A stretch of DNA of 64,000 bases from an uncultured Planctomycetales bacterium (GCA_964579435.1 CAZOGI010000012.1:5781-69780), one strand, 5' to 3'. Counted from the first letter of the stretch, positions 18,359 to 28,478 are shown. Notes: generated by a model not told the origin, from the sequence alone. Made by a program: numbers and translations.

Positions 18359-20788
18359 ATGCCAATGCAAAAAAGCTCCGTTTGGTTTTTGGGAACAGTA
18401 TTCTTCTGCGGCATGATCCTTGCCCACTGCGTCTGTGGCGCCCAGGAATCCGCCTTGAGCGCCGGCTCCCCGGAGGCCGCCGCGGTTCCTGCGGATGAAG
18501 AGGTTCCCGCTGCGCCGGATGCCGCTGCTTCCGCAGAGGCGCCCGCCCCCGAGGAAACCTTCCCTTTTGTGACGGCGATCGAGATCCGCGGCAACACCGC
18601 GATCAGCAGCAATACCGTCGTCTCCAAGATGAAGACGCGCATCGGCAGCCCGTACCAGGAGACGATCATCAGCGACGACCTGAAGCGGCTCTATCTCCTG
18701 GGTTTTTTCAGCGACATCAAGGTCGATACCGAGCCGTATAAGGAGGGATTAAAGGTTATCGTGACGGTCCAGGAGCGGCCGATCATCGAAAAGATCGTTT
18801 TTTCCGGGATCCGGCGACTGACGATGAAGGAAGATAAGATCAAGGCGCAGTTGAAGTCGCGGGAGACGCAATACCTGGATTACCCCAACCTTGCCGAAGA
18901 CGTGCGCACGATCAAAAAGCTCTACGAGAAGATCGGCTACGGCGCCGCCCAGGTTACCGACGCGGTCGACCTGAACAAGCAGACGAACAAGGCGATCGTG
19001 CGCTTCGAGATCTCCGAGGGCCAGCGGATGAAGGTGCGCGAGATCGTCACGCGCGGCAATACCGCATTCTCCCGTAAGCGTCTCATCAAGCTCATGAAAA
19101 CGCGTAACGCCTGGCTCTTCAACGCCGGTGTCCTGAAGGAAGAGACGCTGAGCGAGGATATCGAGCGGGTACGGTCTTTCTACCGCCGGGAAGGGTATGC
19201 CGACGCCGAGGTCGATTACGACGTCGAACAGATCGGCGAGAAACCGCAGCTGCGCCTGATCCTCATGATCCAGGAGGGCAAAAAATATCTCGTGGGTACG
19301 GTGACGGTAGAGGGCTACCAGGATATCGCCGAGAAAGAGGTCCTCTCGCAGCTGAAGGTCTGCACGACGGGCGGGATCTTCAGCCAGGAGGGGATGCAGC
19401 AGGATATAGCCAACATCCAGTCGCTGTATTTCGAGCGCGGGTACATCTCGGTGCAGATCCAGGAGGCCAGCTCCCTCAACGCGCAGACCGGCCGTATCGA
19501 CATCAAATACCGGATTACGGAAAACGAGGTTTCGTTCGTCGACCGGATCAAGATCCGCGGCAACGTCAAGACCAAGGATGTCGTCATCCGCCGGGAACTG
19601 CGCATCTTCCCCGGCGACAAATTCGACGGAAAGAAGCTGCGCCGTTCCAAGGAGCGTCTGACCAATCTTGGCTTCTTCGAGGAGGTTTCCTACGACACGG
19701 AGGATACCGATACCCCGGATCGCAAAGACCTCATCGTGGATGTCAAGGAGTCCAAGACCGGCTCTTTCAGTTTCGGCGGCGGCTACAGCACGGTCGACCA
19801 GCTGGTCGGGTTCGTCGAGGTGGAGCAGAAGAATTTCGACTGGAAGAATTTCCCCTATTTCACCGGCGACGGCCAGGAGCTCAAGGCCCGCGCCTCCTTC
19901 GGTTCCATCAGCCAGGGGTATCTGCTGAGCTTCACCGAGCCGTGGATCTTCGACTATCCGGTGTCCTTCGGTTTCGACGGGTACAAGCGGGAAAACAAGC
20001 GGGAAGAGGATATCGGCTACGGGTATGACCAGGATATCTCCGGCGGTGACGTGCGGCTCTCCAAGGAGGTCGGCGAGTATATCCGCGCCAGCCTTACCTA
20101 CCGCAACGACACGATCCGGATCGCCAATATCGTCGATGACGCGACCGCCGACCTGAAGCAGGAAGAGGGCAAGAACAATATCAGTAGCCTCCAGATGGGC
20201 CTTTCCTTCGACAGCCGCGACAACATTTTCGATACCCATTCGGGGAATTATCTGCTCGGGACTTTCGAGGGGGCCGGCGGGCCGTTCGGGGGGGATAAGG
20301 ATTTCTGGAAATTTTCCGGCAGAGCGTCGCACTATTTCCCGCTCTGGCGTTCTTCGTCCCTGGAGGTGCGCGGCCGTGTCGGGGTCGTCAAGCCGTACGG
20401 CGATTCGGCGCGCGTGCCGATCTACGAACGTTTCTTCGCCGGCGGGGCGTATACGATCCGCGGGTACGACGAACGCAGCGTCGGCCCGATCGACGGGGTC
20501 ACCAAGGATCCGTTGGGCGGGGAGTCCCTGGCTGTCGGCAATATCGAATATACCTATCCGATCTTCGATTTCCTGAAAGCGGCGGTGTTCTATGATGTCG
20601 GTAATGTGTGGGCAAAGGTAGGGGATCTGGGTTCCGGCGGGTACAAATCGGGCATGGGTCTGGGGGTGCGTATCAAGACCCCGATCGGCCCGATCATGCT
20701 CGATTACGGGATTCCCCTGCAGAAAGAGCCAGGTGAGGAGAGCACCAAGAGCGGAAAACTCCATTTCAGCATGAGCCAGGGTTTTTGA
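18359..20788 (+). CDS. bamA: outer membrane protein assembly factor BamA
   Basis: Signal peptide, a low-complexity Ala/Pro linker, POTRA repeats and a C-terminal beta-barrel ending in F. The likely start is the ATG at 18359 (the track starts at 18281). Confidence 0.85.
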   Translation: MPMQKSSVWFLGTVFFCGMILAHCVCGAQESALSAGSPEAAAVPADEEVPAAPDAAASAEAPAPEETFPFVTAIEIRGNTAISSNTVVSKMKTRIGSPYQETIISDDLKRLYLLGFFSDIKVDTEPYKEGLKVIVTVQERPIIEKIVFSGIRRLTMKEDKIKAQLKSRETQYLDYPNLAEDVRTIKKLYEKIGYGAAQVTDAVDLNKQTNKAIVRFEISEGQRMKVREIVTRGNTAFSRKRLIKLMKTRNAWLFNAGVLKEETLSEDIERVRSFYRREGYADAEVDYDVEQIGEKPQLRLILMIQEGKKYLVGTVTVEGYQDIAEKEVLSQLKVCTTGGIFSQEGMQQDIANIQSLYFERGYISVQIQEASSLNAQTGRIDIKYRITENEVSFVDRIKIRGNVKTKDVVIRRELRIFPGDKFDGKKLRRSKERLTNLGFFEEVSYDTEDTDTPDRKDLIVDVKESKTGSFSFGGGYSTVDQLVGFVEVEQKNFDWKNFPYFTGDGQELKARASFGSISQGYLLSFTEPWIFDYPVSFGFDGYKRENKREEDIGYGYDQDISGGDVRLSKEVGEYIRASLTYRNDTIRIANIVDDATADLKQEEGKNNISSLQMGLSFDSRDNIFDTHSGNYLLGTFEGAGGPFGGDKDFWKFSGRASHYFPLWRSSSLEVRGRVGVVKPYGDSARVPIYERFFAGGAYTIRGYDERSVGPIDGVTKDPLGGESLAVGNIEYTYPIFDFLKAAVFYDVGNVWAKVGDLGSGGYKSGMGLGVRIKTPIGPIMLDYGIPLQKEPGEESTKSGKLHFSMSQGF

Positions 20789-20867
20789 GCGCGGCCGGTT
20801 TTAGACGGCTGCGGTTTTTAAAAAAGAGCGCCTGTAGTGCAGCGCGAAATAGTGAGAGGAGAGCAGC

Positions 20868-21383
20868 ATGAAGAGAGTGGCATCGGTGATGGCGGTGGTT
20901 GCGGTGAGCGTGTTGGTTTGGTCGGGAGCGGCTCGTGCGGCGGATAAACTGGGGTACGTCGATCTGAGCCGGATCTTCAGCGAGTACGAGAAGACAAAAC
21001 AGTACGATACGGTGCTCAGCGGCAAGGAACAGCAGTATACCGCGGAGCGCGAGAAGAAGGTCGGGGAGATCAAGAGCCTTCAGGAAAAGATGAACCTGAT
21101 GGATGATAAGGAAAAAGAGTCCAAAAAGGGAGAGCTTGACGCCAAGGTCAAGGCTTTGCAGGAATACGACCGCCAGAAGCAGATGGACCTGCGCAAAGAG
21201 CAGGACGAGAAGATGAAAGAGATCCTCAAGGACATCGAGGAGGCGGTGAAGGCTTTTGCCACCAAAGAAGGATATACGATGGTCTTCAACGACCGGGTGC
21301 TGGTCTATCAGGCGAAGAATTTGGATGTGACCGACCAGGTCATGGCAATCCTGAACAAGAACGCGGCAGCGAAGAAGAAATAA
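20868..21383 (+). CDS. skp: periplasmic chaperone Skp (OmpH)
   Basis: Signal peptide and a Lys/Glu-rich coiled coil, between bamA and lpxD. Confidence 0.8.
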   Translation: MKRVASVMAVVAVSVLVWSGAARAADKLGYVDLSRIFSEYEKTKQYDTVLSGKEQQYTAEREKKVGEIKSLQEKMNLMDDKEKESKKGELDAKVKALQEYDRQKQMDLRKEQDEKMKEILKDIEEAVKAFATKEGYTMVFNDRVLVYQAKNLDVTDQVMAILNKNAAAKKK

Positions 21384-21479
21384 GGTTTTTTCAATGGCGT
21401 AGCAGCTGAGCAACCCCACATCCTCCTTTGGCGCTTGAAGGGCGCCGGTCAAGCGGGTGTGGGGTTGTTTTAAGGACGT

Positions 21480-22517
21480 GTGATGCGCAAGACCGTCGCA
21501 GAGATCGCCCGGATGCTCGATGGAGAGGTCGTCGGTGATGCCGATACCGTGATCACCGGCGTTGCCGGCATCCGCGAGGCCCGGCCCGGGGATATCTCTT
21601 TTGTCGCCAACCCCAAATACCTGCCGCTGCTGGAGAAGACCCAGGCCTCCGCGGTGATCACGGCCCGGGACATCACCTCCGGCAAGACCCTTATCCGCAC
21701 GGATAATCCGTCGTTGTCGTTCACGCGCCTGATTGCCGAGGTGCTGCCGGAGACGGCCCATCATCCCCGCGGGATCCACCCCGGTGCGGTTATCGGTCCC
21801 GACGTGCGTCTGGGCAAAGACGTGGCAGTGGGAGCGTATGCGGTCATCGGGGAGGGGACCTCGATCGGGGCCGGCACGGTCATCTATCCGGGCTGTTACG
21901 TCGGCAGAGACTGTTCGATCGGGCAAGGATGTATCCTGTACCCGAATGTTTCGGTGCGCGAGCGCGTGACGATCGGGGCGCGGGTGATCGTCCATAGCGG
22001 CACGGTGATCGGCTCGGACGGGTTCGGCTTCACGACGATCGAGGGCCGCCATTACAAGATCCCGCAGGTCGGGACCGTTGAGATCGGCGATGACGTGGAG
22101 ATCGGCGCCAACGTCGCCATCGACCGGGCGCGTTTCGACAAGACGATCATCGGTTCCGGGACCAAGATCGATAACCTGGTCCATATCGCCCACAACGTGG
22201 TTATCGGCGAGGGGTCTTTGGTCGTTGCCCAGGTGGGGGTATCCGGGTCGACCGTCATCGGCAAGGGCGTGACCCTGGCCGGTCAGGCGGGGCTGGTCGG
22301 CCATATTACCGTCGGCGACCACGCGATCATCGCCGCGCAGGCCGGGGTGACCAAATCGGTTCCTGCCGGGGTGATGGTGTCGGGATATCCGGCAAAGCCG
22401 CATGCGCAGGCCCTGAAGGTCAATGCCTGCATCCAGAACCTGCCGAGGCTCTTGGAGACAATCAAGGAATTGCAGAAACGCATCGAGCACCTGGAACAAC
22501 AGGCGAAAAAGACATGA
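21480..22517 (+). CDS. lpxD: UDP-3-O-acylglucosamine N-acyltransferase
   Basis: Hexapeptide-repeat LbH domain with the LpxD N-terminal region. Confidence 0.85.
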   Translation: MMRKTVAEIARMLDGEVVGDADTVITGVAGIREARPGDISFVANPKYLPLLEKTQASAVITARDITSGKTLIRTDNPSLSFTRLIAEVLPETAHHPRGIHPGAVIGPDVRLGKDVAVGAYAVIGEGTSIGAGTVIYPGCYVGRDCSIGQGCILYPNVSVRERVTIGARVIVHSGTVIGSDGFGFTTIEGRHYKIPQVGTVEIGDDVEIGANVAIDRARFDKTIIGSGTKIDNLVHIAHNVVIGEGSLVVAQVGVSGSTVIGKGVTLAGQAGLVGHITVGDHAIIAAQAGVTKSVPAGVMVSGYPAKPHAQALKVNACIQNLPRLLETIKELQKRIEHLEQQAKKT

Positions 22518-23821
22518 GCGCACAACAGACCATCCGCGCCGAGACGAGCCTCAGCGGCGTCGGCCTCCATATCGGTTCCACCGTTACGGTCCGTTTCCTT
22601 CCCGCCCCGGCCGATGCCGGCGTGGTATTCGTGCGTACCGACCTTCCGGGCAGACCTTCGGTCAAGGTGGGGGTGGAGTCGCTGATCAGCGGCAATAAGA
22701 GTCCCCGCCGTTCCTCCCTGGGCAGTGACGCCTTCAAGGTGCATACGATCGAGCATCTCATGGCTTCCCTCGCCGGCCTGGGGATCGATAACCTGGTGGT
22801 TGAGATCAACAACGAGGAGGTCCCGGGTCTGGACGGCAGCAGTGTGCGTTTCGCCGAAGCCCTGCTTGAGACCGGGCTGGTCCAGCAGTCGGCGCCGCGG
22901 CGGTATTGCAGCGTGCGCGAGCCTATCGTCATCGAAGAGGACGGCGCCTCGATCGCGGCGTTGCCCGCGGAGGATTTCCGTATTTCCTATACCCTCAGCT
23001 ATCCCCATCCGCTCCTGCGCGCTCAGTACCTGGACCTGTCCATCGACCGCGAGGTGTTCCTGCGAGAGATCGCCCCTGCCCGTACGTTCTGCCTGGAGAG
23101 CGAGGCAGAGAAGCTGCTCTCCCAGGGGGTCGGCTGCGGTGCGACCTACGAAAATACGCTGGTGGTCGGGGAAAAAGGAGTGATCCGCAACACCGTGCGT
23201 TTTCCCGACGAGTTCGTGCGGCATAAGATGCTGGACCTGATGGGAGATCTCTACGTGTTGGGCGTTCCCCTGAAGGCGCATATCGTCGCGGTCAAGAGCG
23301 GGCACGCCTTGAATCTGAAGCTCCTGCAGCGTCTCGCCGGGCAGCCCGCTTCTTCCGGCTCCGGCGTTGCGCGCGGGGACGGGCCGTGGACGGCGCCGCT
23401 GGATATCAACGCGATCAAACGGATCCTGCCGCATCGCGAGCCCTTTTTGCTGGTTGACCGCATCATCAGCATGGAGGTGGGCAAGCGCGCGACGGGCCTC
23501 AAGAACGTCACGATAAACGAGTATTTTTTCAAAGGCCACTTCCCCGACCGTCCGGTGATGCCCGGGGTTTTGATCGTCGAGGCGATGGCCCAGGTCGGCG
23601 GGGTGATGATGCTGGCGGCTCCCGAGAACAAGGGAAAACTTGCTTTCTTCATGGCAGTCAATAACGTGAAGTTCCGCAAGACCGTCGTGCCGGGTGACCA
23701 GCTCACCTTCGAGGTGGAGGCGGGAAAGATCAAAGCCAGGACCGGCCAGGTCTTCGGCAAGGCGTTTGTCGAAGGCAAGCTGGTCTGTGAAGCCGAATTG
23801 CTGTTTGCGATAGTGGAATAA
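22514..23821 (+). CDS. lpxC/fabZ: bifunctional UDP-3-O-acyl-N-acetylglucosamine deacetylase / 3-hydroxyacyl-ACP dehydratase (LpxC-FabZ fusion)
   Basis: The N-terminal ~280 aa is LpxC-like (HTIEHLMAS..). The C-terminal ~150 aa is FabZ hotdog ([24 protein letters not shown]). Confidence 0.85.
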   Translation: MSAQQTIRAETSLSGVGLHIGSTVTVRFLPAPADAGVVFVRTDLPGRPSVKVGVESLISGNKSPRRSSLGSDAFKVHTIEHLMASLAGLGIDNLVVEINNEEVPGLDGSSVRFAEALLETGLVQQSAPRRYCSVREPIVIEEDGASIAALPAEDFRISYTLSYPHPLLRAQYLDLSIDREVFLREIAPARTFCLESEAEKLLSQGVGCGATYENTLVVGEKGVIRNTVRFPDEFVRHKMLDLMGDLYVLGVPLKAHIVAVKSGHALNLKLLQRLAGQPASSGSGVARGDGPWTAPLDINAIKRILPHREPFLLVDRIISMEVGKRATGLKNVTINEYFFKGHFPDRPVMPGVLIVEAMAQVGGVMMLAAPENKGKLAFFMAVNNVKFRKTVVPGDQLTFEVEAGKIKARTGQVFGKAFVEGKLVCEAELLFAIVE

Positions 23822-23824
23822 GAT

Positions 23825-24622
23825 ATGCGCGCCCATGCGACTGCGGTCGTTTCTGCGAAAGCCCGGATAGCCGACGATGTGGTGATCGGTCCCTTCTCTG
23901 TCGTCACCGACGGGGTGACGATCGGCGCCGGCTGTGCCATAGGTGCGCACTGCCTTATCGACGGCAATACCGTTCTGGGCGAGCGCTGCCAGGTCTTTAC
24001 CGGGGCTGTTGTCGGCAGCCGGCCCCAGGACCTGAAATTCAAGAATGAGCGTTCTTTCCTGGAGATCGGGGAGGGCACCATCATCCGCGAGTACTGCACC
24101 CTCAATCCCGGGACCGGCGAGGGGGGTAAGACCGTTGTCGGAAGCCACAATCTGTTCATGGCCTATTCGCACGTCGCCCATGACTGCCGGGTCGGCAGCA
24201 ACTGTGTTTTCGCCAACAACGCGACCCTCGCCGGGCATGTGACGGTCGAGGACCGCGCGGTGATCGGCGGGCTGGTGGCGGTACATCAGTTCGTGCGCGT
24301 CGGCATGCTTTCGATCATCGGCGGATGCTCGAAGGTGGTGCAGGATATCCCGCCCTTTTCCACCTGCGACGGCCATCCGGCACGCATCTTCGGCCTGAAT
24401 CTCATCGGCCTGCGCCGCAACAGCGTCTCCAAAGAATCGATACGCCAGCTCGATCAGGCCTTGCGCATACTCTTCAACTCCGGGCATACGATCACCGTTG
24501 CGCTCGCCGAACTGGAGCGCGCTGGCCTCTCGGGTCCGCAGGTCGACTACCTCAAGCAGTTCGTCCGCAGCTCCGAGCGCGGCATCAGCCGTTCCTGCTC
24601 CCGCAAGTCTTCAACCGCATGA
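23825..24622 (+). CDS. lpxA: acyl-ACP--UDP-N-acetylglucosamine O-acyltransferase
   Basis: Hexapeptide repeats and the LpxA C-terminal helical domain. Confidence 0.85.
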   Translation: MRAHATAVVSAKARIADDVVIGPFSVVTDGVTIGAGCAIGAHCLIDGNTVLGERCQVFTGAVVGSRPQDLKFKNERSFLEIGEGTIIREYCTLNPGTGEGGKTVVGSHNLFMAYSHVAHDCRVGSNCVFANNATLAGHVTVEDRAVIGGLVAVHQFVRVGMLSIIGGCSKVVQDIPPFSTCDGHPARIFGLNLIGLRRNSVSKESIRQLDQALRILFNSGHTITVALAELERAGLSGPQVDYLKQFVRSSERGISRSCSRKSSTA

Positions 24623-25425
24623 AGCAACCGATCGGCGTCATCGCCGGCAACAGGAAGTTTCCCCTCGAGTTCTGCAGGGCCGCCCGCGCCCAGGGTGTTG
24701 CGACGGTGGCTATCGCGATCAAGGGCGATACGGCGCGCGCGATCTCTTCGGTTGCCGATAAGGTCTACTGGGTCGGGCTCGAGGAGTTCAGCCGTCTGCC
24801 GCAGATCCTCAAGGCAGAGGGCGTCACTCAGGTGGTGATGGCCGGGCAGATCAGTCCGCACCGGCTTTTTTCGCCGCAGGTAAAGCAGGATGAAACCCTC
24901 GCGCGGCTGTTGGAGAGGCTCTCTAATAAGAAAGCGGATACGATCTTCGGCGCGATTGCCGGGTACCTCAAAGAGAACGGGCTGGAGCTGTTGTCTTCGA
25001 CCCTCTTCATCCAGGAGCTCTTTCCCAAAAAAGGGACACTGACCAAATCACAGCCGCATTTCGACGGATGGGAGGATGTTTATTTCGGTTTTGAGCTGGC
25101 CAAAGAGGTTGCCTTCCTGGATATCGGCCAGACCGTCGCAGTCAAGGAAAAAGCGGTCGTGGCGGTCGAAGCCCTCGAAGGCACGGATAATCTCATCCGC
25201 AGGGCCGGCGCCCTTGCGCGCGGCGGCATCACGGTGGTCAAGGTGGCGAAGCCGAATCAGGACCCCCGCTTCGACGTTCCGGTCGTCGGGTTGAATACCG
25301 TACGCACCCTGATCAAGGTCCGGGCGCGCACCCTGGCTATTGAGGGGGAGAAGACCCTTTTCTTCGACCTTAAGGAGAGCGTTGGGTTGGCTGACCGGGC
25401 AGGATTGTCGATCGTTGCCATCTGA
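24619..25425 (+). CDS. lpxI: UDP-2,3-diacylglucosamine pyrophosphatase LpxI (DUF1009)
   Basis: MKQPIGVIAGNRKFPLEF N-terminus. The ATG overlaps the lpxA stop. The track ORF 24325.. is an upstream extension. Confidence 0.7.
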   Translation: MKQPIGVIAGNRKFPLEFCRAARAQGVATVAIAIKGDTARAISSVADKVYWVGLEEFSRLPQILKAEGVTQVVMAGQISPHRLFSPQVKQDETLARLLERLSNKKADTIFGAIAGYLKENGLELLSSTLFIQELFPKKGTLTKSQPHFDGWEDVYFGFELAKEVAFLDIGQTVAVKEKAVVAVEALEGTDNLIRRAGALARGGITVVKVAKPNQDPRFDVPVVGLNTVRTLIKVRARTLAIEGEKTLFFDLKESVGLADRAGLSIVAI

Positions 25426-25431
25426 ATTTCC

Positions 25432-25460
25432 TTGACAGTCCCTAACACATTGTTTATAAT
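25432..25460 (+). promoter_or_regulatory. consensus sigma70 promoter TTGACA-N17-TATAAT
   Basis: ttgaca at 25432-25437 and tataat at 25455-25460, 24 nt upstream of the CBM48 gene start. Confidence 0.55.
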
Positions 25461-25483
25461 GGGGATAGAAGAAGGAGGGATCT

Positions 25484-25768
25484 ATGCCTAGACTTGTGAA
25501 AGCTGTCGCGGCAAAGACAACGCAGTTTAAGCTCTACGCGCCCGCTGCCCGTTCGGTAGCCGTTGCGGGAAGTTTCAACAATTGGAACGCGCAGGGCTTG
25601 ATTGCGAAAAAGGATTCCAAAGGCAACTGGTCGGCAAAGGTCAGTTTGAAACCGGGTCAGTATGAATACAAATTCGTCGTTGACGGCAATTGGATGAATG
25701 ATCCGGCCTGTTCCGCGACCGTCGGCAATTCCTTTGGTTCCGCGAATTCCGTTCTGCAGGTAAGGTAA
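25484..25768 (+). CDS. stand-alone CBM48 / glycogen-binding (AMPK-beta GBD / isoamylase-N-like) domain protein
   Basis: The 94-aa protein has a ..SVAVAGSFNNWN...YEYKFVVDGNW pattern. Confidence 0.55.
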   Translation: MPRLVKAVAAKTTQFKLYAPAARSVAVAGSFNNWNAQGLIAKKDSKGNWSAKVSLKPGQYEYKFVVDGNWMNDPACSATVGNSFGSANSVLQVR

Positions 25769-25774
25769 GTTTTT

Positions 25775-25825
25775 CACCCCACCCGGTTCGGATCGATAGT
25801 CGATTTCGGGTGGGGTGTTTTTTTA
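25775..25825 (+). terminator. rho-independent terminator
   Basis: Stem cacccccacccg...cgggtggggtg followed by a T7 run. Confidence 0.75.
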
Positions 25826-25851
25826 TCCGCGCCCCGGTAAACGTCTTCGGT

Positions 25852-26571
25852 ATGAAATATCTCTACGGTCCGCTGCGCTCCCGCAGGCTTGGTGTATCCC
25901 TGGGCATCAGCACCACCCCGTATAAGACCTGTAGCTACGATTGTATCTATTGCCAGCTCGGCAAGACAGACCGTACGGTCGCCGAGCGCGCGGAGTATGT
26001 CCCGTGCGCGGCGGTGATCGATGAATTGAAGGGGTGGCTGCGCGCGCATCCGCAGGAAGCCGGGCGGGTCGACTATCTTACTTTCTCCGGGACCGGAGAG
26101 CCGACTTTAAACAGCGGTATCGGCGAGTTGATCCGTCAGATCAAGGAGTTGACCGCGATCCCGGTCGCGGTGCTGACGAACGCCTCGTTGCTCTCGGTGC
26201 CCTCCGTACGCCGGGCTCTGTCCCAGGCCGACCTTATCGTTCCGTCGCTTGACGCCGCGACCGAGGAGGTGTTTGCGCGTATCGACCGGCCGGCGGCCGG
26301 GATCAGGCTCGATGAGGTCATCGAAGGGATCGTCAAGCTGCGGCAGGAATATCAAGGTAAGCTCTGGCTCGAGGTGATGCTGGTTGAGGGCGTCAATGAT
26401 CAGCCGCAGCATCTGGCGGCGCTCAAAGCGGCAATCGGGCTGATTTGTCCCGATAAGGTGCAGCTTAATTCTCCGGTCAGGGTGACGGCCGAGCCGGGGG
26501 TGGTTGGTCTTTCCCCGGAGCGGCTCAGGCAGATCTGCGCTTATTTGGGCAAAGCCTGCGAGATCGTTTAG
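25852..26571 (+). CDS. radical SAM domain protein
   Basis: CSYDCIYC (CX3CX2C) motif near the N-terminus after MKYLYGPLRSRRLGVSLGI. The subfamily is not resolved. Confidence 0.6.
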   Translation: MKYLYGPLRSRRLGVSLGISTTPYKTCSYDCIYCQLGKTDRTVAERAEYVPCAAVIDELKGWLRAHPQEAGRVDYLTFSGTGEPTLNSGIGELIRQIKELTAIPVAVLTNASLLSVPSVRRALSQADLIVPSLDAATEEVFARIDRPAAGIRLDEVIEGIVKLRQEYQGKLWLEVMLVEGVNDQPQHLAALKAAIGLICPDKVQLNSPVRVTAEPGVVGLSPERLRQICAYLGKACEIV

Positions 26572-26664
26572 CCGCCAACCCGAACGCAGTTGAAGGGGTG
26601 GGCACGTTTTTCAATTTTGCGCACCTTGCGCTCATGCGGTATTGCGCAAGTGCGCATTTACTAT

Positions 26665-26690
26665 GCGCCTATAGCTCAATTGGATAGAGC
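26665..26690 (+). pseudogene. tRNA-Arg 5'-half fragment (26 nt identical to the 5' end of the downstream tRNA-Arg, then a variant anticodon-stem strand CCAGC and the shared anticodon loop, then unrelated sequence)
   Basis: gcgcctatagctcaattggatagagc matches at 26665. It cannot form a cloverleaf. Confidence 0.6.
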
Positions 26691-26740
26691 GCCAGCCTTC
26701 GGAACAAATTTGACAAGTTTTGAGATGGTTTTAAGACACT

Positions 26741-26814
26741 GCGCCTATAGCTCAATTGGATAGAGCATCTGCCTTCGGAGCAGAGGGTTGGAGGTTCGAT
26801 TCCTCCTAGGCGCA
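26741..26814 (+). tRNA. tRNA-Arg(TCG)
   Basis: Full cloverleaf: acceptor GCGCCTA/TAGGCGC, anticodon arm TCTGC-CTTCGGA-GCAGA, T-arm GGAGG-TTCGATT-CCTCC. Confidence 0.8.
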
Positions 26815-27180
26815 TTTGAAAATGGTCCCTAAGCCAATTTGGTTTAGGGATTTTTTGTTGGTAGTATCACTTGGTGTGCAGGTATATCCTGTGGTATCGG
26901 TAAAGGATACTTTTTGGATACCAGACATTTTCACGGGATTTTAAGCCTAATGAAGCTTTTAAGATGTCTTTATAGAGCTTTAATTGTTTTTTATAAATAC
27001 CGCCAGTGCTATAATAATGTTATTTAGGGGGGTGATCTTGCAGATTATGGATACACAATCAAAAAGATCAGGAATACCCGGATCATGGGGCTGATGTTGG
27101 TTGGATGTTCGCTGTGCGCAGCGTTATATGTAGTGATGGGGCATCTTCGTCAGGGAAGATAAAACGCGGGAGGGCTGAAT

Positions 27181-28257
27181 ATGGAGAAGAAGAGTGTGCG
27201 TGTGGGCATCGTCGTGGTAGCGGCAGCAAGTACCCTAAATTTACTTACGGTTTTTCCGGCCGGAATTGATCGGGCAGAAGCCGAGATCGAGTCAGGCGCA
27301 TCATCGAGCGTTGTCTTGGTCCCTTCCGATGAAGACAGGGCCGGACCTTGGGGCGCCTTCACCGGAGGCAGCAGCAGGGTAAGGGAGATGTTCGATGGTG
27401 TTACGGACACGGGCGATTGGAAATTTGACGCGGCTCTTTCGCTTGATACCAACAAGACTATCGAGTCAATCAGTATCGCGCACAGCCTTCCCACAGAGCG
27501 AGACATTGACAGGGAGGGTTGGACGACATCGTCAAAGGTTCTGGTGTACGGAAAGACCGCGTATCCCCTGGTTGTCGATTACGGAGGCAAGCAGCTTAAT
27601 TTCGCCAATGACGATCCTTTGGGCAGTTATCCTGCAGGAACTCACCAGTTCAGCCTGTATGCGCAGAAGGAAAATTCGATTTTTTACGGCGGTACGCTGA
27701 GGATTAAATTTACCGACGGCAGCTCGGTGAGCGCGTCTATCCCTGCCCAAAGTATAGTGCAAGCAAAAGAGCCGTTTACTGAGTTGCCTTCGCCAAGGGA
27801 ATCCTCCGACGCGCGGCTTTCCGCGCAGTATCAACACGATCAGGAGAACCGCGTGGGCGGGTTTTATACCTTTGGTCCGGGTTCAGGAGGCTCGGCTGGG
27901 GAGCAGGACTTTAAATTCGAGGCAATCCTCGATATTGTATTGGTGAAGACACTTAAATCGATCGCGCTGATTCATTCCATCCCCGGACAAATATGGACTA
28001 CTGACCAGGGAAATTTGTATCCGATAGCGGTGTTCTATGGGGGAAGACAGTTGAACGATTCCTTCAATTCCCCTCTTGGCGAGTATCAGCCGGGAAGACA
28101 TGTGTTTGAACTGTATGTGCAGAAGGAGAGCCGCAATTTCGAAGGGGGTATCCTGACGTTTACTTTCGGCGACGGCACCAGCGCTTCCTGCACGTTGCCT
28201 AAAGAGGAAAGGACCGCCAAAGCGTTGAGCGAATCGTACCAAGAAGATGCCTATTAG
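27181..28257 (+). CDS. secreted hypothetical protein with two internal ~100-aa repeats, encoded inside a low-GC insert
   Basis: Signal peptide, then two homologous modules (..SISIAHSLP..WTTSSKVLVYGKTAYPLVVDYGGKQLN..PLGSYPAGTHQFSLYAQKE.. and ..SIALIHSIPGQIWTTDQGNLYPIAVFYGGRQLN..PLGEYQPGRHVFELYVQKE..). An AGGGCTGAAT Shine-Dalgarno-like stretch precedes the ATG. Confidence 0.65.
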   Translation: MEKKSVRVGIVVVAAASTLNLLTVFPAGIDRAEAEIESGASSSVVLVPSDEDRAGPWGAFTGGSSRVREMFDGVTDTGDWKFDAALSLDTNKTIESISIAHSLPTERDIDREGWTTSSKVLVYGKTAYPLVVDYGGKQLNFANDDPLGSYPAGTHQFSLYAQKENSIFYGGTLRIKFTDGSSVSASIPAQSIVQAKEPFTELPSPRESSDARLSAQYQHDQENRVGGFYTFGPGSGGSAGEQDFKFEAILDIVLVKTLKSIALIHSIPGQIWTTDQGNLYPIAVFYGGRQLNDSFNSPLGEYQPGRHVFELYVQKESRNFEGGILTFTFGDGTSASCTLPKEERTAKALSESYQEDAY

Positions 28258-28406
28258 AAGCATCGTTCTGACCGAGGGAGACCGGCATTGCTTATACTAC
28301 ATGCGGGGGAGGATACTGTTGTTAGCCGAGCGTAAGCCCCAATCCCAAGATTAAGCTTGTTGCTGAGGTGGACGGGTATAGCAAGGACTATCGTGCCACT
28401 TTTTTT

Positions 28407-28420
28407 GCGCCTATAGCTCA
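28407..28420 (+). repeat. 14-nt copy of the tRNA-Arg 5' end (gcgcctatagctca) followed by hairpin gccgc-N9-gcggc
   Basis: Direct sequence match, 59 nt upstream of the next tRNA. Confidence 0.5.
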
Positions 28421-28478
28421 GCCGCGAAATGCTTGCGGCATGATCTACAGGCGTAAGGAATAAAAACGTGTTATTATT

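Noticed and set aside
21409-21470. Possible terminator or attenuator between skp and lpxD (nested hairpins caaccccaca...tgtggggttg with inner ggcgc-ttgaagg-gcgcc)
   Set aside because: It has an unusually long 37-nt loop and the downstream T-run is only TTTT. skp-lpxD are normally co-transcribed, so it is more likely a processing or stability structure. I did not call it as a feature.
18749-24487. Series of long minus-strand ORFs (18749..20764, 20766..22523, 22283..24487)
   Set aside because: Antisense to bamA, skp, lpxD, lpxC-fabZ and lpxA, all of which have clear family signatures on the + strand.
24325-24618. N-terminal 98-codon extension of the lpxI ORF
   Set aside because: It overlaps lpxA in a different frame. 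The conserved LpxI N-terminus MKQPIGVIAG begins at 24619 with translational coupling to lpxA.
26615-26657. Inverted repeat tgcgcaccttgcgc...gcgcaagtgcgca upstream of the tRNA-Arg fragment
   Set aside because: It could be an att-associated binding site or a terminator for the radical SAM gene, but there is no T-run and only one occurrence, so evidence is insufficient.
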